The notes beneath the pieces are model-generated. The model was given only the letters and a program-made list of their open reading frames with translations. It searched no databases and was not told the DNA's origin. The translations under genes and the position numbers were made by a program. A DNA stretch of 64,000 nucleotides, from NCBI GenBank assembly GCA_965644295.1, contig CBFFRP010000314.1, forward strand, positions 109,458 through 173,457, in the 5' to 3' direction. The DNA is from Paraphysomonas bandaiensis (Eukaryota > Protista > Chrysophyceae). Positions 13,701 through 23,351 of the stretch are shown here, one piece after another; position 1 is the first letter of the stretch, and every line of letters starts with the position of its first letter.

Positions 13701-16700
13701 TGCTGTATGTCATGTTGATTTTGTGTCCGATGATGACCATAATATCAGAAGCCAATCCTCTGAACCGATTGATGAATACTGATATCCCAATGTCTGATGG
13801 ACCACACTCTCTTTTCTGACAAAATATTTTTTCTTCGATGTATTCCTTCTTCCGATATATATTATAATATCTTCTTGATTTTTTGTGTCCGATGACATAA
13901 TATTGTATGCCCATATCTGAACTATTTACTAATTGATGTGATTCTGTGGTGGTGTATATTTGTATGAAATGACTTGAACATAGGGCAGTGATTGTATTTA
14001 TTGGAGCTGTCTGATTTTAATGATGACAGTGTTTTATTATTCAATGAGCCCTAGATACATATTGGATGGTTATAGTTAATAGAATGGTGTGAACACTTGT
14101 TGTCTCTTTATGATTCACAGATTGCAAATGACACTATATTTGTTCGTTATGCGCGCAATGACGATAAGTTTGTTTCTGACACCTCTTGTTTGAGGTCCTT
14201 CTGTGAAACACTCAAAAATGAGTGTGAATCAGTCGGGTCGTTGAACGCAACTTTTTCCTGAGCGCGCGTTGCAGTGATATTATGTGCTGTATGTCATGTT
14301 GATTTTGTGTCCGATGATGACCATAATATCAGAAGCCAATCCTCTGAACCGATTGATGAATACTGATATCCCAATGTCTGAAGGACTGTGCTATCTACCC
14401 ATACCACACTTGTGCTTAAGTTTCTACTGTTGAGGTTTTGTTAATACTCATGTATTCAGGCGCGCATCGTGGCAATGACCTGTACTCACGCTGCAATGAC
14501 TAGACGGCGACTCGTTGAACTGGGCTTTAAGTATGACAGGTGATGCGAGTGCCTGTAACAAACTGTATAGAGCATGGGCAGTGATATTTTTATATTGGAG
14601 CTGTCTGATTTTATTGATGACAATGCTTTACGCGATTTAATGAGCCTATTATATATATACACCATAGAAGTGTATGCGCTCGAAATATTGTGTCTTGTCT
14701 TATATTGTATACGAAGTATGATTATGGAGGAGGCAGCACAAGTATTAGAGATTGAGACACTTATTCCAATGCTACTTCAAAACACAGATAGTGTCGATGG
14801 ATGTCGACTGAAACGAGTTGTTCTCATTGGAGACCACTATCAGGTACATGATTGCAATAGCAGTAATTGGTAGAGACTTATAGTTGACAGTACTATTTAT
14901 GACTATGTGTGTTATGTGTGCGGCATATGTACCGAGGGCGATGATATTTAAACAATTATCCCTGACTTACAACCAATTTACTGGTGACAAATGTAACGTC
15001 AATGAGCCTGAAAGTACTGTACCATATATGACCATGTGTACTTGTGTATTATGTGTGTGGTATATGTACCGAGGGCGATGATATTTAAACAATTATCCCT
15101 GACTTACAACCAATTTACTGGTGACAAATGTAACGTCAATGAGCCTGAAAGTACTGTACCATATATGACCATGTGTACTTGTGTATTATGTGTGTGGTAT
15201 ATGTACCGAGGGCGATGATATTTAAACAATTATCCCTGACTTACAACCAATTTACTGGTGACAAATGTAACGTCAATGAGCCTGAAAGTACTGTACCATA
15301 TATGACCATGTGTACTTGTGTATTATGTGTGTGGTATATGTACCGAGGGCGATGATATTTAAACAATTATCCCTGACTTACAACCAATTTACTGGTGACA
15401 AATGTAACGTCAATGAGCCTGAAAGTACTGTACCATATATGACCATGTGTACTTGTGTATTATGTGTGTGGTATATGTACCGAGGGCGATGATATTTAAA
15501 CAATTATCCCTGACTTACAACCAATTTACTGGTGACAAATGTAACGTCAATGAGCCTGAATGTACTGTGTTCTAGTTATTCGTTGTTCAATTATTATATA
15601 TATGACTTGTACTTTGCTTGCAGCTCCCTCCTGTTGTTAAACACCCAGCGTTTCAGCGGTATTCTCGGCTTGATCAGTCGATGTTTTCACGTCTCGTGAG
15701 ACTGGGTGTACCATATATTCAATTGGATAAACAAGGTCGTGCTCGGCCTGAGATAGCGTCTCTTTACAGTTGGAGGTATGTGTTTGATGTTTATATTGTC
15801 TGTTTTGTGTTTATATTATCGTGTAGGTACAACAAAAAGGGTGGACCTCACGAAAGTAATGGCCTTGGTAACCTACCTGTGGTACAAAATGGTGGCAACT
15901 CGGAGTATAGATTTGCGAATGCCGGTTTCACATTTCCATTTCAACTCATCGATGTTCCAGGTATGTTTTTTTACACTTTCTAAGAGATGCATTAATTTTG
16001 AATTTTGTCACAGCATTCCAAGGCAAGGGAGAGTTTTGCCCTACGCCGTATTTTTACCAAAATCTTGGTGAAGCGGAGTATGTGGTCGCAGTTTATCAAT
16101 ACATGCGGTTGATAGGTTACCCTGCTGAAAAAATCAGCATCCTCAGTACTTACAATGGACAGAAGCATTTGATTCGTGATATTATTTCACAGCGATGCAA
16201 GAATCCAGTATTCGGTGAGAACTAGTTTTTGTTTTTTCCGTCTCTCATGTCGGCATATACAGGACGTCCAAGTGCCGTTACCACTGTAGACAAATTTCAG
16301 GGTCAGCAAAATGACTATATCCTTCTCTCGCTTGTACGTACTGAGTCAGTTGGCCATCTGAGGGATATTCGCCGTCTAGTGGTGGCAGCCAGTCGAGCTA
16401 GACTGGGGTTGTATGTTTTTTGTCGACAAGAGCTGTTTGAGAATTGTTACGAACTGAGTCCGACTTTTGCTCAGCTTTTGTCACGCCCACCCCTATTGTC
16501 ATTGGTACTGAATGAGAGATACCCTACGAGCAGACCAGTTGCTTCTGCAGTCCCAAATCCTGTCGTTACTACTGTTGAAAATGTTACTTCCATGGGAGTA
16601 TTGGTGTATAAGATGACTCAAGAAGTCATGCAATCCCAGCAAGCTGCTACCCTTACTGCAGTTCTCCCATCTTCTGAGAGCACCCCTATGGAAGTAGAAG

Positions 16701-16750
16701 ATTGCATAGCTAACGAGAATACAGAAACTGCTGAAAAGGAATCAGAATGA
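7789..16750 (+). CDS. AQR: RNA helicase Aquarius / intron-binding protein IBP160 (SF1), about 23 exons
   Basis: [74 protein letters not shown], Walker [50 protein letters not shown]; exons join at GT-AG sites. Confidence 0.97.
10891..10966 (+). ncRNA. Box C/D snoRNA candidate, family F copy 1 (AQR intron 10848-11200)
   Basis: Stem CTC/GAG, box C ATGATTG, box D ATGA; guide GATTAGTCTTT antisense to LSU rRNA AAAGACUAAUC. Confidence 0.65.
11071..11143 (+). ncRNA. Box C/D snoRNA candidate, family F copy 2
   Basis: Stem AGTCC/GGACT, box C ATGATGT, guide GATTAGTCTTT + D' CAGA, C' GTGATTG, D ATGA 62 nt from the 3' splice site. Confidence 0.72.
11604..11699 (+). ncRNA. Box C/D snoRNA, family E copy 1 (snR72-like, predicted LSU Am in CUGACGUG)
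   Basis: Stem AAGTTGGC/GTCAACTT, box C ATGATGA, D' CTGA, D CTGA; guide ATTTGCACGTTAG antisense to LSU CUGACGUGCAAAU. Confidence 0.85.
11752..11845 (+). ncRNA. Box C/D snoRNA, family E copy 2
   Basis: Stem ATTGAC/GTCAAT, box C GTGAAGA, same guide and D box CTGA. Confidence 0.8.
11875..11961 (+). ncRNA. Box C/D snoRNA, family E copy 3
   Basis: Stem CGTGAC/GTCACG, box C GTGAAGA, guide TTGCACGTTAG + CTGA conserved while the interior has diverged. Confidence 0.78.
12299..12376 (+). ncRNA. Box C/D snoRNA, family A copy 1 (intron 12252-12463)
   Basis: C GTGATGA, D' CTGA, C' GTGATGA, D CTGA, stem GTCT/GGAC; guide AGCCAATCCT antisense to LSU AGGAUUGGCU. Confidence 0.87.
13257..13369 (+). ncRNA. Box C/D snoRNA, family B copy 1 (snR48/U60-region guide)
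   Basis: Stem GCGC/GCGC, box C ATGACGA, guide TTTCTGACACCTCTTG antisense to LSU AGAGGUGUCAGAAA, D' TTGA, D CTGA. Confidence 0.83.
13413..13490 (+). ncRNA. Box C/D snoRNA, family A copy 2 (box C mutated to ATGGTGA)
   Basis: Stem GTCC/GGAC; D', C' and D intact; same guide as A1. Confidence 0.7.
13569..13681 (+). ncRNA. Box C/D snoRNA, family B copy 2
   Basis: Near-identical to B1 at 312-bp offset. Confidence 0.82.
13725..13802 (+). ncRNA. Box C/D snoRNA, family A copy 3
   Basis: GTCC-g-ATGATGA ... CTGA ... TTGATGA ... CTGA-t-GGAC. Confidence 0.87.
13981..14053 (+). ncRNA. Box C/D snoRNA, family D copy 1 (SSU rRNA guide)
   Basis: Stem TAGGGC/GCCCTA, C GTGATTG, guide TATTGGAGCTG antisense to 18S CAGCUCCAAUA, D' CTGA, C' ATGATGA, D ATGA. 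Confidence 0.85.
14151..14267 (+). ncRNA. Box C/D snoRNA, family B copy 3
   Basis: Stem GCGCGC/GCGCGC, otherwise as B1. Confidence 0.83.
14309..14386 (+). ncRNA. Box C/D snoRNA, family A copy 4
   Basis: Canonical boxes; D box 78 nt upstream of the 3' splice site at 14459. Confidence 0.87.
14575..14648 (+). ncRNA. Box C/D snoRNA, family D copy 2 (intron 14540-14716)
   Basis: Stem TGGGC/GCCTA, C GTGATAT, guide TATTGGAGCTG + CTGA, C' TTGATGA, D ATGA 73 nt from the 3' splice site. Confidence 0.8.
14936..15557 (+). ncRNA. Tandem array of 5 box C/D snoRNA candidates, family C (snR38/SNORD1-like), 137-bp period (14936, 15073, 15210, 15347, 15484)
   Basis: Each unit has GGGC-g-ATGATAT, guide CAATTATCCCTG antisense (1 mismatch) to LSU CAGGGAUAACUG, degenerate D' CTTA, C' TGGTGA, D ATGA and GCCT; last D box 70 nt from the 3' splice site. 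Confidence 0.7.
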
Positions 16751-17379
16751 ATATCCCTGTAGTGATAATATTATGCGCGTGGAGCGGTTACTATATATAC
16801 GGACGTGTATTTTATCGTGTTTTAATTATTTTAATATTTACTGTTATTTGAAATATGTACAACTGAAAAATCTCTGTATTTTATTCTGTGGCACCACGGT
16901 ATTCAATCCTGGCTAATCGTGTTCCCACATCCCTGATTTGATCTTCCTGGACGTGTGCCAAGGAGAATATCCTTATCAGGGCCAGTCAACAATAAATTTT
17001 AGCGAAATTTGACCTCGCAATTTATTCATGCAACTCTACAGCTACTTTGTGGCAACTTTATTCATTATCAGCGGCAAACTTAAGTTTCCTGAGCAAAAAC
17101 ATACTACGTACTCCTACTCAAAAGCATTGAAAATAATATGCATATTTCACCTTAAAACAATCATAAAAATATTATATTTCCCCAAAGTTGAACGAAGCTG
17201 CACTATGCAGTGCACGACTAAACAAAATAAATATACTCAGTATTCTTCCTTCGTTCGGGTTTTATGTTTGTTTTCTGACCCTGAGCGAGCAAACTGGCGT
17301 TCCTTGATGAAAGATCTATTTAATAATTAATAATAATGCCAGTTGCTATCATCCGACAGCAATCACGACAAAAGTGCAG

Positions 17380-17893
17380 AAACTGATTTTGCACAGGGAT
17401 CTGGACAGCGTCGAGATCACTAACAGAGCTCGACTTGGTAAGAATGTAGCAGGGATAGGGAACAATATATTGCAATACTATTGTTAGATAGCGTTCCATC
17501 AATAGCATTGATGGATTTTTTAAACCGGTCCTACAATATACAATACAATTACAATATATTGTAATATATTGTACAATGTATTGCAATACAATATATTGTT
17601 CCCTATCCCTGGAATGTAGTCGTAGTTGCATGAACTCATATCGTCTAGAATAGTTGCTATTCCTACGAGCCAATTCCATGTTTTGGGATGCCTATACCCT
17701 CCACGAAGCCCTGCAAGAAGATCCTGATGTGCCAGTGGAGGAGAGCGAGAAGTATTTACGATTCGCATTCTGTTATTACACTGAATTAGTAATTAAGGGA
17801 GCACTAAATTATCTATATGATTTATCTATTTAGGTAGTACTGGCCATTATAATTGCTGGGAACAGGACTTCCATTAATGGCTACCAGGTCCTG
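17380..17893 (+). mobile_element. Degenerate hAT element remnant (same family as 32381 and 57195 copies), interrupted by a MITE
   Basis: Encodes MNSYRLE*LLFLRANSMFWDAYTLHEALQEDPDVP; ends in TIR-like CCATTAATGGCTACCAGGTCCTG. Confidence 0.8.
17450..17611. mobile_element. 162-bp hAT-type MITE
   Basis: TIR CAGGGATAGGGAACAATATATTG / CAATATATTGTTCCCTATCCCTG; perfect 8-bp TSD GAATGTAG (17442-17449, 17612-17619). Confidence 0.93.
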
Positions 17894-18113
17894 TTGTGTC
17901 TTAGAAAATATTCTTAATCATATATATAAGCTGCACTTTAAAATCACATAACTCATGTATGTATTATTAAAACATCGAACAATTATGATAACGATCTGCT
18001 ATTCATGTTCAATAGTATAATTCGTACTGTCTCTGTCAATCTATTCACCAAATAATAAATTCCAAACTGTTTATATTGATTGGACGAAGCACATATTCAG
18101 TACAACATACGTT

Positions 18114-18314
18114 TTGGAGCGTTTGTTCAGCAGAGCCAAGGTTATCACGACACACTTGCAACAAGGAATAACCCCACGACGCCTCGAACTGCTGCTGTTC
18201 TTTCTCTTCAATAAGCACCTGTGGACCGCAAAGACAGTGCTACAGGTCATTCTAATGATGGACTGTCTGATCATAAGAATTAGGACGACAGTGACGAGGA
18301 GTTGCAACACTTAG
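18114..18314 (+). pseudogene. hAT transposase C-terminal dimerization-domain fragment (second family)
   Basis: ERLFSRAKVITTHLQQGITPRRLELLLFFLFNKHLW matches the hAT ERxFS...LE.LLFL..N motif. Confidence 0.7.
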
Positions 18315-19169
18315 AGTACTCTATGTTCATCATTATGTTATAACCTCTACTAACTAGTTACTATCAATCAAATTTCTTATTCTTAGCGCCCAATATATAT
18401 CAATATATGGTAACATATTTAATAATTATTATTGGTCTTGAAAATATTAATATTGTTATTTATTTTTGCTGGCAATATATTGTTGACTGGCGCTGATCTT
18501 TATGATTCTACCAGAAAGATAGGGTTTAGCAGAGTCCTTCATCACAATCTTAGGTTCCTCTACAACAACTGACTAACTACGAAAAACTCCTCAAGTCAAG
18601 AAATCCCATCGTATCGTCACTAATTCGTAATATGTAATATAGTAATATATACTACCTACGATCCCATAGGAAACGGAATGTCTGTTGAGTTCTGCTATTT
18701 GAGAGCAATTGAAAGCTGTAGTTCAAAGATATTTGACTTATGACTGTTGATAGAAAAATACAGAAGTGGTTAATATATTATGAGAACTAATGTCATAATA
18801 TCAATCGTAGTAGTGAAGCTGAAATATATTGACCGTATAAGATCGTAATATCTAAGATTGTTACGATTGACAAGTGATATTGATCATTAGTTTATTATAT
18901 GGTATTATATGATTTTAACTTATAACATCAGCATAGAGTGAAAGTATTGTTCAGTTACATTTTCTATTAATATGAATCATATACTTTCTATCTTTCTATA
19001 TCTACATTCTATACATTAGTCTCTAATGGTCGATGAGTACTCATCATCAATGTATAAGGACAGATAGTAGGTGATGAAAAATACAGCAAGCTTAAATACA
19101 ACATACACACGAAAATACGTATGTATATGCAAGACGAATTCGACATAATATATTCGAAATTGAAGTAGT

Positions 19170-19678
19170 AAATGTCTTATTATTAGCACTAGGCGTGTAA
19201 GAGTCAGATATACTGCTTAACTCTGATTTCCTACTATTTCGCGCTACGAAAAATTATATCTGCTAACTTCAAGATTTTTGAGTCCTTAAGGTGACATTCA
19301 TTACTACACCAAGGTGCAACCACTTTCGCTTTATCACTCATACCAAACGCAGTGAGCAACAAGCAGAATGCTGATATACTTGACAACTGCAAACTTCAGG
19401 ATTTTTGAGTCCTCTTTAGGTGAACAGCCCGGATGCTTAACTTCAGCAGGCAGCCCCAAACCCCGGTTACTCTTGAGGTGGGCCCATTCCCGAATGCCTG
19501 TTTATTCGTCAGGGCCCAAAGACATCTACACAAGAGACACTAGTTTGTGTCCACAAGCTTTTGGATATGAGGGGGCTGAACTCTATCTGCTAACTATACC
19601 TATGCGGCTCACTTTAGTTTCCCCCCATAACACCACGAAGAGGTACGAGTCCGTCTGTAAGTCCGACTTTGTTGAGGG
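19170..19678 (+). repeat. Dispersed repeat family R copy
   Basis: 19430-19655 is nearly identical to the reverse complement of 43075-43310. Confidence 0.85.
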
Positions 19679-21157
19679 CATATCGCATCATACTGCACTC
19701 AACAGGCAATACATATATATCAGCACGGCTTCTGCCAATGCTTGCGACTATGAATCATTGCGCCCGGTGCTGTTTGTCAGGCGCATTAATGTATATAGAT
19801 ATTAATGAAGTGAAGCTCTATTGAGTGACCGCTCAAGATGCAGCCATGATTTCTGTCTTCCAAGACAAAACACACTTCGCTCTATTTCTGTCTTTTGTCC
19901 TCCTATAATTCCTGCTTTTTTGACAAAAATATCCTGTCTTTTTGTCACAAGACGTAACAATACACTGCTGGTACCGTATACCTATACTGCTGTACTCTGT
20001 ACCATTCGTGATCATATTCAGTCATATACGGTATATTCTTCCTTCAACATCAACAGGAAATGCGGGATTTTAGAGTGGAGAGATTCATTTTTCTTTTCGA
20101 AGATTCCAATTGGGGCACGCTTGTCTCTGTGTGGTGTGGTAAATACGCACACATCGAGACATCTGTTCGCCTTCAACACAACACACAGTTCAGTTCATCA
20201 ATTTCAAGTGGGGAAGTGATATCACTGCATTGTGAATGCTCACAATTTAGCAATCATTTACTGTTAATTTGCGGGGAAGGAGAATAGCACAGGGAGATAG
20301 TCAACATGTCGAACGTCACGAACTTCACGTCCAATACCATCGAAAGAAGCAGAGAAGAAGCGATATCCATGAAAGAAGCTCACTTCGAAGATAAGTGCAT
20401 CGGAGACGAAGATTCAGAGTGTGATGCGAATTCTTTCTCTCCTGAAGACGATCCTGAAGATGTTAATGACGACGAAAGCGATACTGTCCATATCAATGAT
20501 GACGAGGACAGTGAAGACGATGAGTTTCCTGACAGCGACCGCTGAACTAGTTCATTAGGTCCAATGCTAAGAATATTATTCTAGTACATATATAATGAGT
20601 CAATGTAATTACCGAACTCATAATTTTGATATGATTTTTATGATATGATATTGTGTATTATAATTCACAATCGATAATTAATTGTTGCCATTCTTTTCGG
20701 TGCTTCTTTTACAGATAGGTTCGTATTATCACCTTACGGAAAAAATGAAGTCTGAGTACAATAAATTATTTTTCTAGGATTATTGTTGTGGCGTAAGATA
20801 ATAGATGGAAGCGCTGAGTCATTTATCAGAGTACTCGACCTTGGTGACCCTAGTTCTGTTGCACAGCCCCACATTCCTCAATCAGATATTGCCTCTCTTG
20901 TACCATCACCCTTCCTCTTGACTCCCTGTTGCTGGACATACCGGAGAACCCTCGTATCCCACTGCTGTCCAACTATCCTCTGTCTTCCATGTATTCTCTG
21001 CTACTAGCTATGACAGTAGATCAAAACTTTTTGCCAGATCTTCATCCACATACATCCGAGCCACTTGACACAACGCCTAAGGGAAGGCCACCATATCGCC
21101 AAACACAGAAGGGTATATTGCTGCATCCCTTGCTGCCTGCTGCCTGCCGTAAGGATT

Positions 21158-21550
21158 ATATTCTAGTATATTCAGTATGCCACTTAAAGGCAATGTACGA
21201 GAATACAGTGAAGTATGGTGATGTACAAATGCAGTTATGATATTGAGAAACTGAAATAGTTTGCTCTTTCAAGATATGTTTAGTAGCGACAGCTTCACAC
21301 ATACAGGAGAATATGCGTGGAGAAAAATGAGTTTGTATTGGTTGTCACAATTCGTGTAAACGATATTAAGAACCAGTTGATCAATAATCAATTCAGTAGG
21401 TAGTTTTTGCGAAGGTAGCTAGTAGTGAATATCTAATTGTGGGCAATAGGCATGTATGAGTCAGCACTAATGTAGCAAAACAAGTCTAACTACAAATGGT
21501 CTCTGAGATCTAGTTTCTAGTTAAAGGTTAAAGAATGAGCATTATCAAAC
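21158..21550 (+). mobile_element. Degenerate solo LTR of copia family 2
   Basis: CAATGTACGAGAATACAGTGAAGTATGGTGATGT...GAAATAGTTTGCTCTTTCAAGATATGTTTAGTAGCGA matches the reverse complement of LTR 58548-58840. Confidence 0.8.
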
Positions 21551-21679
21551 GCAAAAAATGTGTAGTGTTAAGCGTTCCAGTGTGGTAGTAGACTTAGATC
21601 ACTGCTTTCACTTGTCATGCTGTACGTTGTTGTACATGTCCCCTATAAAATATACACATCTATGAATATAGCGAAATGG

Positions 21680-22990
21680 TCTCACCTTGGTGCTTGTGGC
21701 GATGCACAAGCCGTTCTGGTAGCGTTAATTGGTAAGATATCAGAGTTTCACTAGCTTGGCTAGATTGTTCATCTAGCTACTGATCTGCTAATATGGTTCT
21801 CAGTCTTGAACGCCTTTTGCTAAAAAAACAGACATTTACGTTTTATTGACCTAAATTGGGCTCAATAGAACGCTAATATTAGCACCGGGCAAATTCAGAC
21901 ATTTAACTTCAATATTTGGTTTAAGAGCAACACAGAAACTCACTTCTATCGTAATTATTAGGATTATTATTATGTGAATCATTATAGTACACTCTAATAG
22001 AAAAACAATAATGATAAGTCAATTTTCGAAAGGAGATCATCAAACACTCAAGTTGTCTTCCATCCGTCGTCTGCTGTAGAAGGTCTTAATTATGTCAGTG
22101 TAAGTGATCTACCTTCATAACCAGGACTTCAAAACAACTTTAAGGATATCACAGGAACGGTGAAGTGCCATATCTGATGATGAATAGGTGGTTAGGGTCT
22201 TTCCGGGTTTGGGCCACATCATGCTTATCAGGATATTAGTGGATATTGTGTGCCTCATATCATACAAGCAACATTCAATCAGATGCACTAGCAGAGGTTA
22301 AGCGTACTGTATATAAATGTGCTGATGATTATTCACATTCATCATCACATTTATGTACTTCGCAGGTGCTATTCCCGCAGTATCCTTCTGTGGTAGGAAT
22401 ACATTTATTTGTTGCAGCAATTCCTATTCCCTCAGCATACACAGTATACATACCATTTATTTGAAACAATATGAGATCTCCTTTGCTTTCTTAATGTTAA
22501 TCAGGGAGCATCTACTTCTTCTTACATCAAGCAAGCTGTTAATAGTAGCTGATAGCTATACAATCTAATATGAAGTTTTTTCAGCATCATAAGGAAAAGC
22601 TACAATTTAACATTTAAGCTAGGGATAAGAAGATAAGGAGTATAGTTACTTGTATAAATCTTAAAATTTATGAACGCGAGACGATATAGCCTCTTTTTTA
22701 CCCGTGGTTAAATATAACTATGTCCCTGCTTTATCTTAATTTTTTTCCATTTGCATCGAGAATTTGGTTCAACAGAATGCTCATATAAGCACCGGGCAAA
22801 TACAGATATTCAGTCGAAAAAAGTCATTTAGCGCAAAGTGAGGATACGCATATATTGCTAATTCCCTCAACAACATCAGACTCGCACCATTTCGTGATGT
22901 TCTGGGGGATTAGTACCGGAGAGATTCTCTCTGGGAAACTAACGTTAGTCGCAAACATAGTCAGAAGATATTCTTCTGCCCACTCATATC
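21680..22990 (-). repeat. Fragmented copies of repeat family R
   Basis: Segments at ~21680-21750, 21865-22135 and 22765-22990 match the reverse complement of 52470-53272. Confidence 0.65.
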
Positions 22991-23351
22991 TAACGTTAAC
23001 CTAAACTACCTCTTTAATATAATAGGTACATATATGAGAGCTTTCGAATCCAATTTCTTGAACTGAACTATCATGTCGCCAGGGCCAGGGTGATAAGGGG
23101 TGGCTACGAACTACTGATAGCTAGGTACATTATTATTACTGTATTACGCACAAAGAAGCAATATTAATGGCGCGAGATTAGTCAATGCCAAATCTATGAC
23201 GCCACAATATAATGTAGTGGTCTGCAGTCCAAAGCAACACTTCAAGAGAAACATAAAAGATACCACGGGTATCATATCAACATGAAATACAATCTCAATA
23301 AAATTCAGTAAAATAATCCAACGAAAGAAGATGTTCAAATAAACCTGAGAT

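Noticed and set aside
14925-15560. CRISPR array or repeated 60-aa ORFs in the 137-bp repeat
   Set aside because: Units are identical with no unique spacers, there are no cas genes, and the array lies in a spliceosomal intron; a snoRNA array explains it better
20060-20545. SWIM-like CECSQF motif and acidic ORF as a MULE transposase remnant
   Set aside because: The conserved His is missing and frames are broken; too weak to call
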